NCBI RefSeq assembly: GCF_009834535.1
Contig: NC_045696.1
Span: 99,016,001-99,080,000, forward strand
Origin: Camelus ferus
Taxonomy: Eukaryota
Direction of reading: 5' to 3'
DNA: 64,000 bases
Each line of letters opens with the position of its first letter. Position 1 is the stretch's first letter. Under the pieces are notes generated by a model. It searched no databases. It was not told the origin of the DNA and saw nothing but the letters and a program-made list of their open reading frames with translations. Positions 53,722-64,000 of this stretch are shown piece after piece. The translations under genes and the position numbers were made by a program.

Positions 53722-56700
53722 CTTCAGGCAAAAAAACCTCATCCCAATAAATTATTACCAAAATGTTAGCAAGCACCACGTTGTCACACTCAGGCAGCAG
53801 GGACATAATGGTGACACAGAAGAAAACTGCCACATAAATCACTTTAAAATAGCCCTTTGCTCGGTATAGGGGAGAAACTTCCATCCTCAGCTGAATCTCA
53901 TCTCTCACCTTTTCATCTTTATGATAAAATGGCAACTGTCCAAATCACTAAAAATAATTTAAAATAAATCCCTGGGGATACTGCTGCCAAACTTAGTAAA
54001 GCCTTCCGTGATTATGAAAGAAACAAACAGACAGAGAATGTGTCAGAAAAACTCTTTTCAGAAATGTTCTTCCTTTTAAATCTGAATTGATAAAGTAAAT
54101 CACAGGTATTAAATTAAACCAAAGGACAGATAAATATTGACTTTTTAAAATTCCTCTTGGGAAATGCGTTTTTTATAAAGATAGAAATATTAAAAAAATG
54201 GCTTACGTAAGTAAAATAATTTGGCATTGTCAGGGCCAATTCCATACAGGCAAATGCAGTTAAACTCATGAATAATGTTCTCAGGATTTTTATGTATATT
54301 TGGAAAAGCCAAATTCAAGCATTCAGATCACATCTAGGATTATTTTTTAAATGAGCATTCAGTAGAAAAATGTATCTATTAAAATTATTGACCTTTGAAT
54401 TAAATGGCTTTACAATTACTGATCATTAAAGTTCATTCTAATGGTAAAGTAATTCAATACTATTTACATTTTCTAAAAAATAAAATAGGCTATATGTGTT
54501 TTTAAAGATATACTTTTATATTTATAGAAATAGAGTAATAAGTATCAAAAATAGAATTAATCTAATTTTATTTTAACAGAGTATTTAGAAACACTCATTA
54601 ACAACTCACGTTTCTTACGTTTCTAAAGAAATTATTTTTGTTGCTTCCTCTTTACCCCTTAAACTTCTAGGAAATCTTAGGTATTTCATACTTGCATCCT
54701 GTGAAAATTTTTTATCTTCAACTTTATTTGGTTCCTCTTCAATCATATCTTGAAAATAACTGGAGAATAAACCTAGACTTTCAAGATCATTTTATTAATT
54801 CCATGACAACTATTGCATAATAACCCAGACACCACTTCACTTCCCTTGTCAATTTTGAAACAGAAGTTATGACCATTACTGTCTTAAATTTAGCATCCTT
54901 CCTTAAGCTGAAGAGGGGGAAAAGAAAATACTTGCAATTTAGACAGTTACCAAATTACCAAAACTAGTACAGCCACTCTTAATGAGCAAAACCATTAACA
55001 ATTTTCCGACTGAAGCCCCTGTTCAAATACCTTGGACACCTTGTTAGCACAGAATGAGGTGTTCAATCAAGAGACTGGGAATTGGAAGTACCAGGGCACA
55101 ATTCTGAGTGGTGATTACAAGGGCTAGAGGGTGAGTGCCAATGTAACAGTCTTCTACCCCGCAGGAAGCTGAGAAACCTTCACGTCTACATTTGTAAATC
55201 AGGCCCGATGATTACAGCAGTCACAAGCAACGAACATAGGAAACAATTATTTGCACCATTCTTTCACTGTTTTAATTTGCTCTTAAAATGAACAAGAAGA
55301 TCCCCAGAGTCACGGGCATTTTGTCTTTATAAATTTAGAGCATGTTCTAGGATTTTTCATGGCCCTCTAAGCAAAGGAAAAGACTAAAGAAATCATTTCA
55401 AAGAGCATTCTTTTTTTCTCACAAGCTATATAATTATTCAGGTTTGCTGTAACTTAAAAATGTACCAAGCAGTCTGCAGGGCTTTAATTTATTTTAGTTA
55501 GTTTAGTGGTTGACTCTTTTTAAAATGTAAGATATGTGTTTGCAAATTACTAATTTCTAATTTTTGTGTTATTGTGTTCTATTTCAGTGAAGTGACTTAG
55601 ACGTTGAAACTCTTGCATCAAATTGATGAAAGTAACACAAACTGTTTCTGGTCTTTAACTATTTTAGTCTGTTCTTTGCCAACTAACAACTTACAAATAA
55701 TTTACTGAAAGGTGTTTACTTTAGACTAGTATCTAAGTTGATCTCAAAACTTAATAGTGAAGCAGCATCAAACTTGTGTGAAAAAGAGTATATTTAAGCA
55801 AAATATTATTTTTAAAGTAAGCATTTTTTTTTTAAGTGAAAAAGTTGCACTGGAAAAACACTAAACAGAAAAGCAAACGTTTCAAATGCCAGTACATTAG
55901 ACTGATTTTACTGCTATTAAGCACATTTTAAAAACTGAGTTGTCTATTGAGAGAAATTAAAATTTAGATGTCATAAAATAGGTTTTTATAGGTAAAAAAA
56001 GGAATGGTAAACATATATTTTAAATTTTTATTCTATGTCATAAAAATCTGTTCTAATTTTTTAAAAGTATAACATATGTGCATAATTTTTCTCTTCTGAA
56101 TTATTTAAAGGATGATATGATAATTGTTTGGGGGATAGTTTTGCTAATTAATTACAGACACGAGGATCTATATGTAACATGACTGTATTTTTCTATATCT
56201 TTATAATTTTATAAACAACTTTATTATGATAATCTGAAAAAGAATTTTCAAAAGAACTTACTTAAATACAAATTTATTTACTTTATTTCATGCAAACATA
56301 TTAAATGCTAGTTCTAAGTCTGTATTTCTTCAATAGTTGCATACTGAAAATTATAAAGCATTTTTTAAAAACCTTTAATCCACTTCCAAATTTGAAAACA
56401 TCCCAACGTCCTGTTTATATAAGCAAGAAAGGAAAATAATATAATTTTAATTACTCACAACTGACTTCTGAAAATCTATTAAATAATATGATTCAGTTTA
56501 TTTTTGAAACAGGTTAATATATTTTCCTAGAGAGCCTTCTATTTCCACTTGACTATTATTTCTGTCAGTCTGGTTGCTGAATGGTGCAATATTGAGTTTC
56601 CAGATTTTGATTTCCTATACTAAATCAATGGTTTAAAATACTGTAAACTCATATGTGAGATTACCGTGTAATTTTGTAATATATTACAATCACATAATTT

Positions 56701-57079
56701 GTCCCCAAACCCACAGTGATTATTGTTAAAATGCTCCTTTTTTCAACCAGTTAAATCTTTTTCATCATGTGCTACCCAAATGTAGAGGGCGCTGTTGTTC
56801 ATGTATTTTGAAAGTGTTTTCATAAAGCAAAATACATTCAGTTAATAGTTTGGTATTTGTTTTTCAAAACCTGCCTATAAATTACTGTGGAAGTGTTAAT
56901 GTATAAAGCCTGAATTTAAATTCAAAGTAACTGACAAAAGGTAACTGTTCATGTAATAGATCATTAAAGTTGTTGCCTCTGCCATTAAGGATATATGTAT
57001 TTTTAACTGTCCCTGAGTTCTAACGAAACATAAATTCACTTTAAACATTCTAATTCCTAGATTTTATATAAATATTTCA

Positions 57080-57310
57080 ATTTCTGGTAGTGTAGCTCTG
57101 TAAAAATAATGGTCTTGTGATTAGGAGATGCATGTTGAAAAATCTAGGGGTGTCACTTTCAAATGGTTCAGGAAAAAAGTGAAGAAAATGTGGCAAAAAA
57201 TGTTAACAGTTGTTGCTTCTGGGTAGGGGGGCATGCAAGGGTTTGTTAAATTGTGTTTCAAACATTTCTTATGCTTGAAATTATTCAAAGTAAAAACTTG
57301 GGGAAATATT
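57080..57310 (+). mobile_element. L1ME 3' fragment
   Basis: cttattaggagatgcatg-like start, gtggcaaaaaatgttaacagttgttgcttctgggtag, ttgaaattattcaaagtaaaaa. Confidence 0.6.
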
Positions 57311-58173
57311 ACAATTACTTAACTCATTTTTAATTTCTATGGTTGTTTCTGTTAATTATTTTTCTAAGTAAATACACATTTAAAAAATACTTCACTGATC
57401 ATGCCAGCTTCTTTTTGGCTGACTTTTAATGCAGTCCTAAAATATAAAAGTTTATCTTGATTATATGACAGACTATTTCTTTCATTAATTGACTGAGATT
57501 GAGCAGAGAAAAATAATTTTAAAATAAAAATTCATATTTCTATCCTTACAAAATATTTTTAAATGAGTACATAATAGTGATTTTTCTGAGTTTTAAACAT
57601 TTTCTCCAATATCATGAAACCACATGAGTTCACTTCTTTTCTTTTGTTCTATGGTTGCTGTAAAGAATTTAAAAATAGAGTTAAAAACCCATGCAAATTA
57701 TAGTCAATCTTGTTCCAAACACAAAATTTAGGTAAGATATTGTTATAACTTACAAAATCAATTTTTAAAATCTAAAAACTTGAATGCATCTTTGTAGAGA
57801 AAGCTTTGGATAAACGCTAAATCTAACAAACCAGCACTTTGCCAGAAATGGTAAATGCTATATAAGTGTTAAAATTCCAGATTTAAAATGCATTAACTTA
57901 GAAGAACTCTAGCCAGACACTAAAAGCAGATTATATTATTCTAATGTAGTTTCATTCTTAATTCTTTACATTTGATTTAAAACTTAGAATAAACTATTTC
58001 AAAAGTTTTCTCTCCATAGTTGTATATTTGCTGCCTCTAAATGTACTTTTTCTGTTGTGACCTATGCTGAATAGAGTTAATAAAAAGGATAGTCTCTCTA
58101 GTTAAATAAAATTATATTTGAAAACATCCAGATTTTGACTGAATATTTTGTTTTCATTTAGATCATCAGGTAC

Positions 58174-58218
58174 CATCGAAGCAGCAGTAACACCTCTCTC
58201 TTTCTCTTTTAAATTTAA
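58174..58218 (-). CDS. Candidate 45-nt exon (phase 1 xKFKRERERCYCCFD; phase 0 LNLKEKERGVTAASM)
   Basis: Near-consensus branch point CACTAAC (58245-58251 rc), ~20-nt pyrimidine tract, acceptor ccgcaag|TTAAA; the donor ATG|GTACCT is weak, so the exon may be terminal. Confidence 0.5.
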
Positions 58219-60525
58219 CTTGCGGAAAGAAAGAGGAAGAGAATGTTAGTGACTGGTATATGTAAATACATAGTCCGTGCATATCCACGAAACGAAATCA
58301 CCAGAAAAAACATAAATACAGCTCAAAGGAAACTTTTGAATGTAGTTCAGGCATAACTTTTCACCACTTCAAGTTATTTTAAAATCAAAATCAGCATGGC
58401 AGAAAACACAAGAAGAAAAAGCAGTTCCCTAAAATGCCTCATCACTTGCTCTTTTGAATAGGGTATCTGAAACTTTGTCTGGTTAAACTGTATCTAATCC
58501 AGCACAAGTAGGCATTGTCTGATTTTTATGGTATCCATGAACATTCAAGAAGTTTTCCACCTTAAAAAACAAGGAGGTAGGGGTAGGGGACGGCAAGGGG
58601 GGGAAGGGTTGAGCCATAACTGAGTAACAGTTGCCTTTTATGATTGGCAAGTTCTTTGGGACCAAGATACCCCCCAGCCGGACTGATGAGGACGCTGAGA
58701 TGCAGTTCGGCCTTGTCTTTATGTCAAATCACTGCCATCAAAACAATGGCTCATATTACATGAAAATCTTGTGCAAATGAGCCGTAATGGGAGTGAATGA
58801 CAATCTCGTAAGACCATGCAGCAGGGTCCTGCTTTGATCTGAAACAGTGTTAATCTTTCTCAAACATAGCACACTAAGTATAATTGGCAAATCCTATAGG
58901 AGAAGGTCCCTCCAGTACAGATCCAGAGATAAATTAGCTATACGTGAAACAGACACCAGTAAAAAGTTCCATACTGGTCATGGCTTTCCATTTTACTTGA
59001 GTTATTTTTATTTTTATTTTTTTATGTTTTTGTGTTGTTGGTTTGGTAGTTGTTTTTGTTCCACCTTTTACAGGACATTTATACTTCATACTTCTTTATT
59101 TTAAAATCTCAGTTATAATTGCGTTACATATATTGGGTTGAATTTTAAATAGCTGATGTTAAAAATTACTTTGGAAATACTTCCAAGGGTTCTAATAATT
59201 TGAGAATGTATGAAATGCCTTATTTACATGGGCTTTTGTCATTAATCATAGTGGACTCAGACTGATGGTTTATATAATGTTGTGCCAAAACATGAAAGAC
59301 AGAGAGAGAGAGGAGAGAACTTTCAAATATGGCGTTTTCTCATGTAAGAAAAGAGTGATTTAGGTGTTCCTATTTCTAAGATGATTGAAGCAACCATAGA
59401 AATATACCTCACAAGGTGTTATAGATCACCCTTTAGATAACAAAAGGTATTTTCTTTTGCTCTCTAGCATCAAAGTCAAATTGTTTGGTTGGGTAGCCAA
59501 ATATGTAAGGCACATGTAGACGAACACAAGCTGAGTCAATCATGGTAATTCAGTGCTGGTAGGAAATATGCCTCTTCAGTTGTGCTCTGCTTTTGAAGTA
59601 ATGCCTAAAAATCAGCCTTGGGCTTCAAAGAGAGAAGGATTATAGCCTTTATCCAGCAATTAATATGGCTGGAACTCAGAATGTCAGCGTCTAACCACGA
59701 TTCTGGCCGGACAGGAGCATAGCAGGAATTCATTCTCCTTGAAGACTTGGAGTAAATCATAAAAATGAATAAATAAGCAGTGAAATATTACTAACGTGTG
59801 ACAGCAAAGAAGGGGAAAAAAAATAAACCCTGCTTGTTTTCTTGACGTGCAGACAAGCCCTCCCCCAAAAAGGGATGTGCCCAGACCTCTCCCCAGTCTC
59901 CTCCACCTAGATCATTTTAATCTCTCACCAACTGTTAAGCAGAGAGAAGTGCGATTAGAGAGCTATTCCTTTTGCTTCTAACACAGATCAGATGGCAGCC
60001 TCTCCAAGTCCCTCCTCTGTCAGAGTTCACAGGTTCAAAAATGGTCAGAATAGCAAACAACAGAAAAACAGCAGGATTTTGCAGGAAGAGTTTAAGGACC
60101 TTAGATTATGCAGAGTGGTCAGAAGAGACACTGGGGTTAGGTTTCATGTTCATTCTCCATCTCACTTTAAGTGCCTTTTGCCAATAGCCTAGAGTAGGAG
60201 GGTGATCCTCTTCCTGCTACTGGGTTACTGGAGAATGCAAGCCCTTAAGATACCAGGCATTTCTACTTAAGGCCCTGGTATGCTGGAGGTCAAATATTAA
60301 ATGACAAATTGTTCTCACATTCATAACAATAGGTTATTTGGAATTACTATTTCAACAGGATGTGTTGATTTGGGTCTAAAAGGGAAAAAAAAAGATGTCA
60401 CGTGACTTCTTCTAGGAGTTGGGAATAAAAATGAAGAGAATCTCTCACTGAGTTTGGGGAAAATTCTCCCTTAAACGAGGTAGACCTCCCAGAACAACCA
60501 AGCAGTCGGTCCTTTAAAATCTTAC

Positions 60526-60568
60526 ACAGCTGTTGCTGCTTGTTTCTTGACACATTTTCTTAGTGACA
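60526..60568 (-). other. Possible 43-nt exon of the same minus-strand gene
   Basis: Acceptor ggttttcttcag|TGTC and donor TGT|GTAAGA; short pyrimidine tract. Confidence 0.25.
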
Positions 60569-62324
60569 CTGAAGAAAACCCACGTGTAGAGTGTTTACAG
60601 GAGAGCGTCACTGCATCACGACAGGCTAAGCAATGTGTTTCATTAATAAGCAATGTTTACTGCTCAGTACAGAGGTTTTTGTGTGGAGGATGCTTGAAGA
60701 ATGATCACCATAAAATCTAATGTTAACCAAAAATTTTAATATGTAATAGTCTCTCTGATATCATAAATATATTTACCCCTAGACCCCAGACATAAATACA
60801 GAATTGAGATCACACAGGCATTTGATTGTCTATATTTTTCTCGCGTGTAAAATATAGGGCCTTGCATTTGTCACTCATCTGAAGGGGCTGATAAAGTATT
60901 CCAGTTCCAAGAAAGTGAAAAGGAAGAAGAAAAGGTGGCTGATGAAAGCCACCAACCTCTCAGTCTCTAAGAGATGGCAAAGTGACACTGATAGGCCTCA
61001 TTCTGTTGAAAATGGGGGCAAAATATGTACAAACTTAAGCAGAATTCATTTTCCCCTTTTCATGTTTGTCACCTTGCTGTTGAAGCCGTGCGATCCCAGG
61101 TCCTAGTTCAAGGATCAGGGAGCCCACCGTGGCTGTTGTGCCTCAGAACAACGGATCCTTGGTGTTAGCAACCAGGAGCCAAAGCAGGATGGTTCAGGAA
61201 CCAGGAAAACAAGATTTTTCATCCAGTAGAGGGAAACAGGAGTGTGAAAGAAAAGCTGCTTTTGAGAGTTTATCTGAATGATTTTTTTAATGACATAAAA
61301 TTCTCTGATAGCATACTATCATTATCCAAAACGTTGGGGTTTGGACAATGTCACTCATACAAAGCATACCATGGAATATCTCTACTGTGTTCAGTTATCA
61401 GGAAGGCCCAGTTGTTGTATCCAAACTGTTTAAAACTAGTTTCTAAAAAACTATAACCTACTAGACCTACTCACAATCACTTTCCTATCTTACTCCCATC
61501 ACTGCCCTCAAGGACCACACAGCCATAAATCTATGGATTTATATCAATATATATATATATAAATATAAGACAATGTCTAATAAATCTATAAATTAAACAG
61601 AATCTATTTAACAGCATTGCTTTGTCAAAATGTCTTGTAAAACTCTTTTATTTTTGTTGTGCATATGAAATCAGTATTTTCCAGGACAATATGCACTAGA
61701 ATATACAATTTTTTTTAAAAAGAGTAGCAGAAAAAAAAACATTGTGGTTATTGTGTCTTAGTTGAAATTTCTGCAGAATCCCCAACACTTCCTCACAGTC
61801 CTATTCGGTAAACTCATTTCTAAGTCTCCTTGACTGGTATTTTAAAATTTTATTTATTTAATGTATTTAATTTTCTGAAATTTTTGAATCTATCATACAT
61901 TTACACGGGCTTAAAATGCAAAATAAAGAACGAAAATGTAAACAAGTGAAAATTCTTCTTCTTATCCCTCTTTCCGACCATCTAGGGTGCCCGCTCGCCA
62001 GCCAGGTGATTTTCGTGTATTCTTCCACAGAGTCTTTAGGAATACACAAGAAATACAACCAGCCACTGTAGCCCCTCCTGAAGCATCCGTTTTTCCTTCC
62101 CTCCCTCTTATCTTTGCCTCGTACTTCATTGCCACAACAATGCCCTCATCTTCTCATTCATCTACTAACTTACTCCATGAGCCTCCATCTTTTCCTTTTT
62201 CTTTCTCTGTCTGTGAAAAAGGTATTTTTTTTCAGGTTTAGGAACTATTTTTTGCAGACTCAAAGCTTTGTTCTTTCAGTCCCCCATTTCTCCCCCTGCA
62301 TCTCCCTTGTCTACTTCTCTAGTT

Positions 62325-62450
62325 CTGGAGCTAGCTATTTACATTTAAATGAGCTAAAATTAAAATCAGTTGCACTAGCAACATTACAAGTGCTCAGCAG
62401 TCACACGTGGCTAGTGGCTATTGAATTGAACTGCTCGAATGCTGAACATC
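62325..62450. mobile_element. MER3/MER33-like hAT-Charlie fragment
   Basis: cagttgcactagcaacattacaagtgctcagcagtcacacgtggctagtggcta. Confidence 0.7.
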
Positions 62451-62451
62451 A

Positions 62452-62662
62452 TTAGCAAATATTTTCTCCCATTCTTTAGGTTGGCTATCTTTTCGTTTTG
62501 TCAATGGTTTCCTTTGCTGTGCAAAAGCTTTTAAGTCAAATTAAAAGCTCTTTGTTTACTTTTGCTTTTATTTCCTTTGCTTTAGGAAACTGATCCAAAA
62601 AACTATTTCTGCAATTTATGTCAAAGAGTGTTCTGCCTACGTTTTCTTCTAGGAATTTTCTA
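62452..62662 (-). mobile_element. L1 ORF2 fragment
   Basis: gcaaatattttctcccattc...tttcctttgctgtgcaaaagc...gtgttctgcctacgttttcttctagga. Confidence 0.85.
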
Positions 62663-63759
62663 TAGCTCACTTTTGATTTGTTTGTTTTGACCCTTGTATT
62701 ACAGTAATTAAGTCCTTCCTCAAATGTCTGGAGAGTCTTAGCTCTTCATTCATATTTAAGAGTGAGTTACAAAGAGACTGATCACAGGAAATCTAGAATA
62801 CAGTTGCTGGAAAGACATTGCAGCTTCACTAAGCCACATTGTGACTTATCTCTGTCTTTATGACTCTACCTCTGTTTCTCATAGTTACATCAATACCCTC
62901 CAAAAATGGTAGTATCAGCCTTGGATCTGTAGGATCATCTTGTTTGGTTCCCCATAGCTAAATGGCTCAATCTCCATGTCTCAATCTCATTTCTTGGGAG
63001 AATGAATCTAAATGGCCCAGTCAAGTCAGCTTTTGTGGTCAGTGCCCAAGAGGGATTTAGCAGGTACAGGAGAAATATGCATGCCTCTGCTCAGACTTCC
63101 AGAGTTGGAAAAGTTCTTTTAGAAAAAGCATAGAAATCAGGAGAAAGTGATTAACTTCTCTAACACAGCAACAGAAATACTCCAGATAGTATGTAGAACA
63201 CACTAGCCAGCTAGATGAGTTAGCCCAGTCTACAATGGCTGGTGTATGTTCCGAGATCTGCATGAACCATGACTCAAAGTTTGTTGAAATTGTTTTAATT
63301 TTAGTTTACTACTGATCCAGTAAACAAGGAACGCAAAGGACAGTCATCGGATTAAAGACACAATTCAGTAGACTGAGATCCCACTGCCTTCCTGGATCCT
63401 CAAAGTTTTGTCCAAATTTCAACAGGCTTTGCAGCAGCCATAGAATGGGGAACCAGATTAGCAAATCCTAGAACCTCAGGCTCAATTTCTTTGTCTGTTA
63501 GTTTGTTTTGGAGAGGCTGGAAGAGAAGCATATCAGCACTCAGGGGCTTCCCTTATTATTAGGGAAGAAAAAAATGAATGTGCTTAACTTCTGTTTTGCA
63601 TAATATATTCCATATTATCATTAGGCCTACTGGAACTATCATTGCATCATAATATATAATATAAATGAGTGAAAATGAGTAAAGAGACTACATAGAACAA
63701 AGTGTATATAATAAGGCAAAAACATTGATAAATGGTAACAGACACCCCACCTCTGCATA

Positions 63760-63985
63760 GACCAAAAAACTAGGGTTGGGGAGATTGTAATCTACAGGGA
63801 AAGAAACTGCTGTTCAGTTTCTGATGACTATATTCCTGCAAAAAGATGTTTGGTTTTTTTTTTTTAATTTTTTGGTTTTCTAGAAGACATCAGAAATCAG
63901 ATTTCTAAGTGACATTTCTAGATTTTGAAACGTTGGCAATTATCAAGATTATTTACAACACTGTTTTGGTCAAACATACGTACTG
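63760..63985 (-). mobile_element. hAT-Charlie fragment (Charlie4/MER80-like)
   Basis: cagaaatcagatttctaagtgacatttctagattttgaaacgttggcaa...acactgttttggtcaaac. Confidence 0.5.
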
Positions 63986-64000
63986 ATAGAATCAGACCTG

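Noticed and set aside
53690..53935. 81-aa ORF with a hydrophobic stretch
   Set aside because: Non-ATG start; only its last ~10 codons coincide with the splice-defined 37-nt exon, and the rest looks intronic
56778..56796. TAGAGGGCGCTG, resembling half of a CTCF motif
   Set aside because: The 5' CC-N-C part of the CTCF core is missing
58676..58720. CTGATGAG motif followed by a possible stem, resembling a hammerhead ribozyme core
   Set aside because: No GAAA after the putative stem II and no stem I/III pairing with a UH cleavage triplet
1..64000. Prokaryote-type systems (operons, CRISPR, defence islands) or an intact retroviral/LINE ORF
   Set aside because: The sequence is mammalian non-coding DNA; no long ORFs, spaced repeat arrays or gag/pol/env segments are visible

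Overview
AT-rich mammalian genomic DNA, most likely from a camelid (alpaca/camel). Two tRNA-derived Vic-1-type SINEs with target-site duplications (TSDs) and cetartiodactyl-type L1 3' ends support this, and I saw no bovid or pig SINEs. No intact long ORF is present; the ORF track is noise or transposon relics. The right part (~52.1-60.6 kb) looks like the 3' end of an unidentified minus-strand spliced gene: a 45-nt exon, a 37-nt cassette exon with alternative donors and QKI/RBFOX motifs, and a terminal exon with an ~0.8 kb 3'UTR and AATAAA. The rest is intergenic or intronic sequence with MIR, L2, L1, CR1/L3, MaLR, ERV1 LTR and hAT relics. Several repeat-free blocks rich in homeodomain motifs look like developmental enhancers. 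The most unusual structure visible directly is a pair of related ERV1 solo LTRs in opposite orientation at the same 4-bp site (GTAT-LTR-GTAT-LTR-GTAT, 477-1506). I found no evidence for a new multi-gene system. Repeat family names are from memory of consensus sequences and need RepeatMasker/Dfam confirmation.
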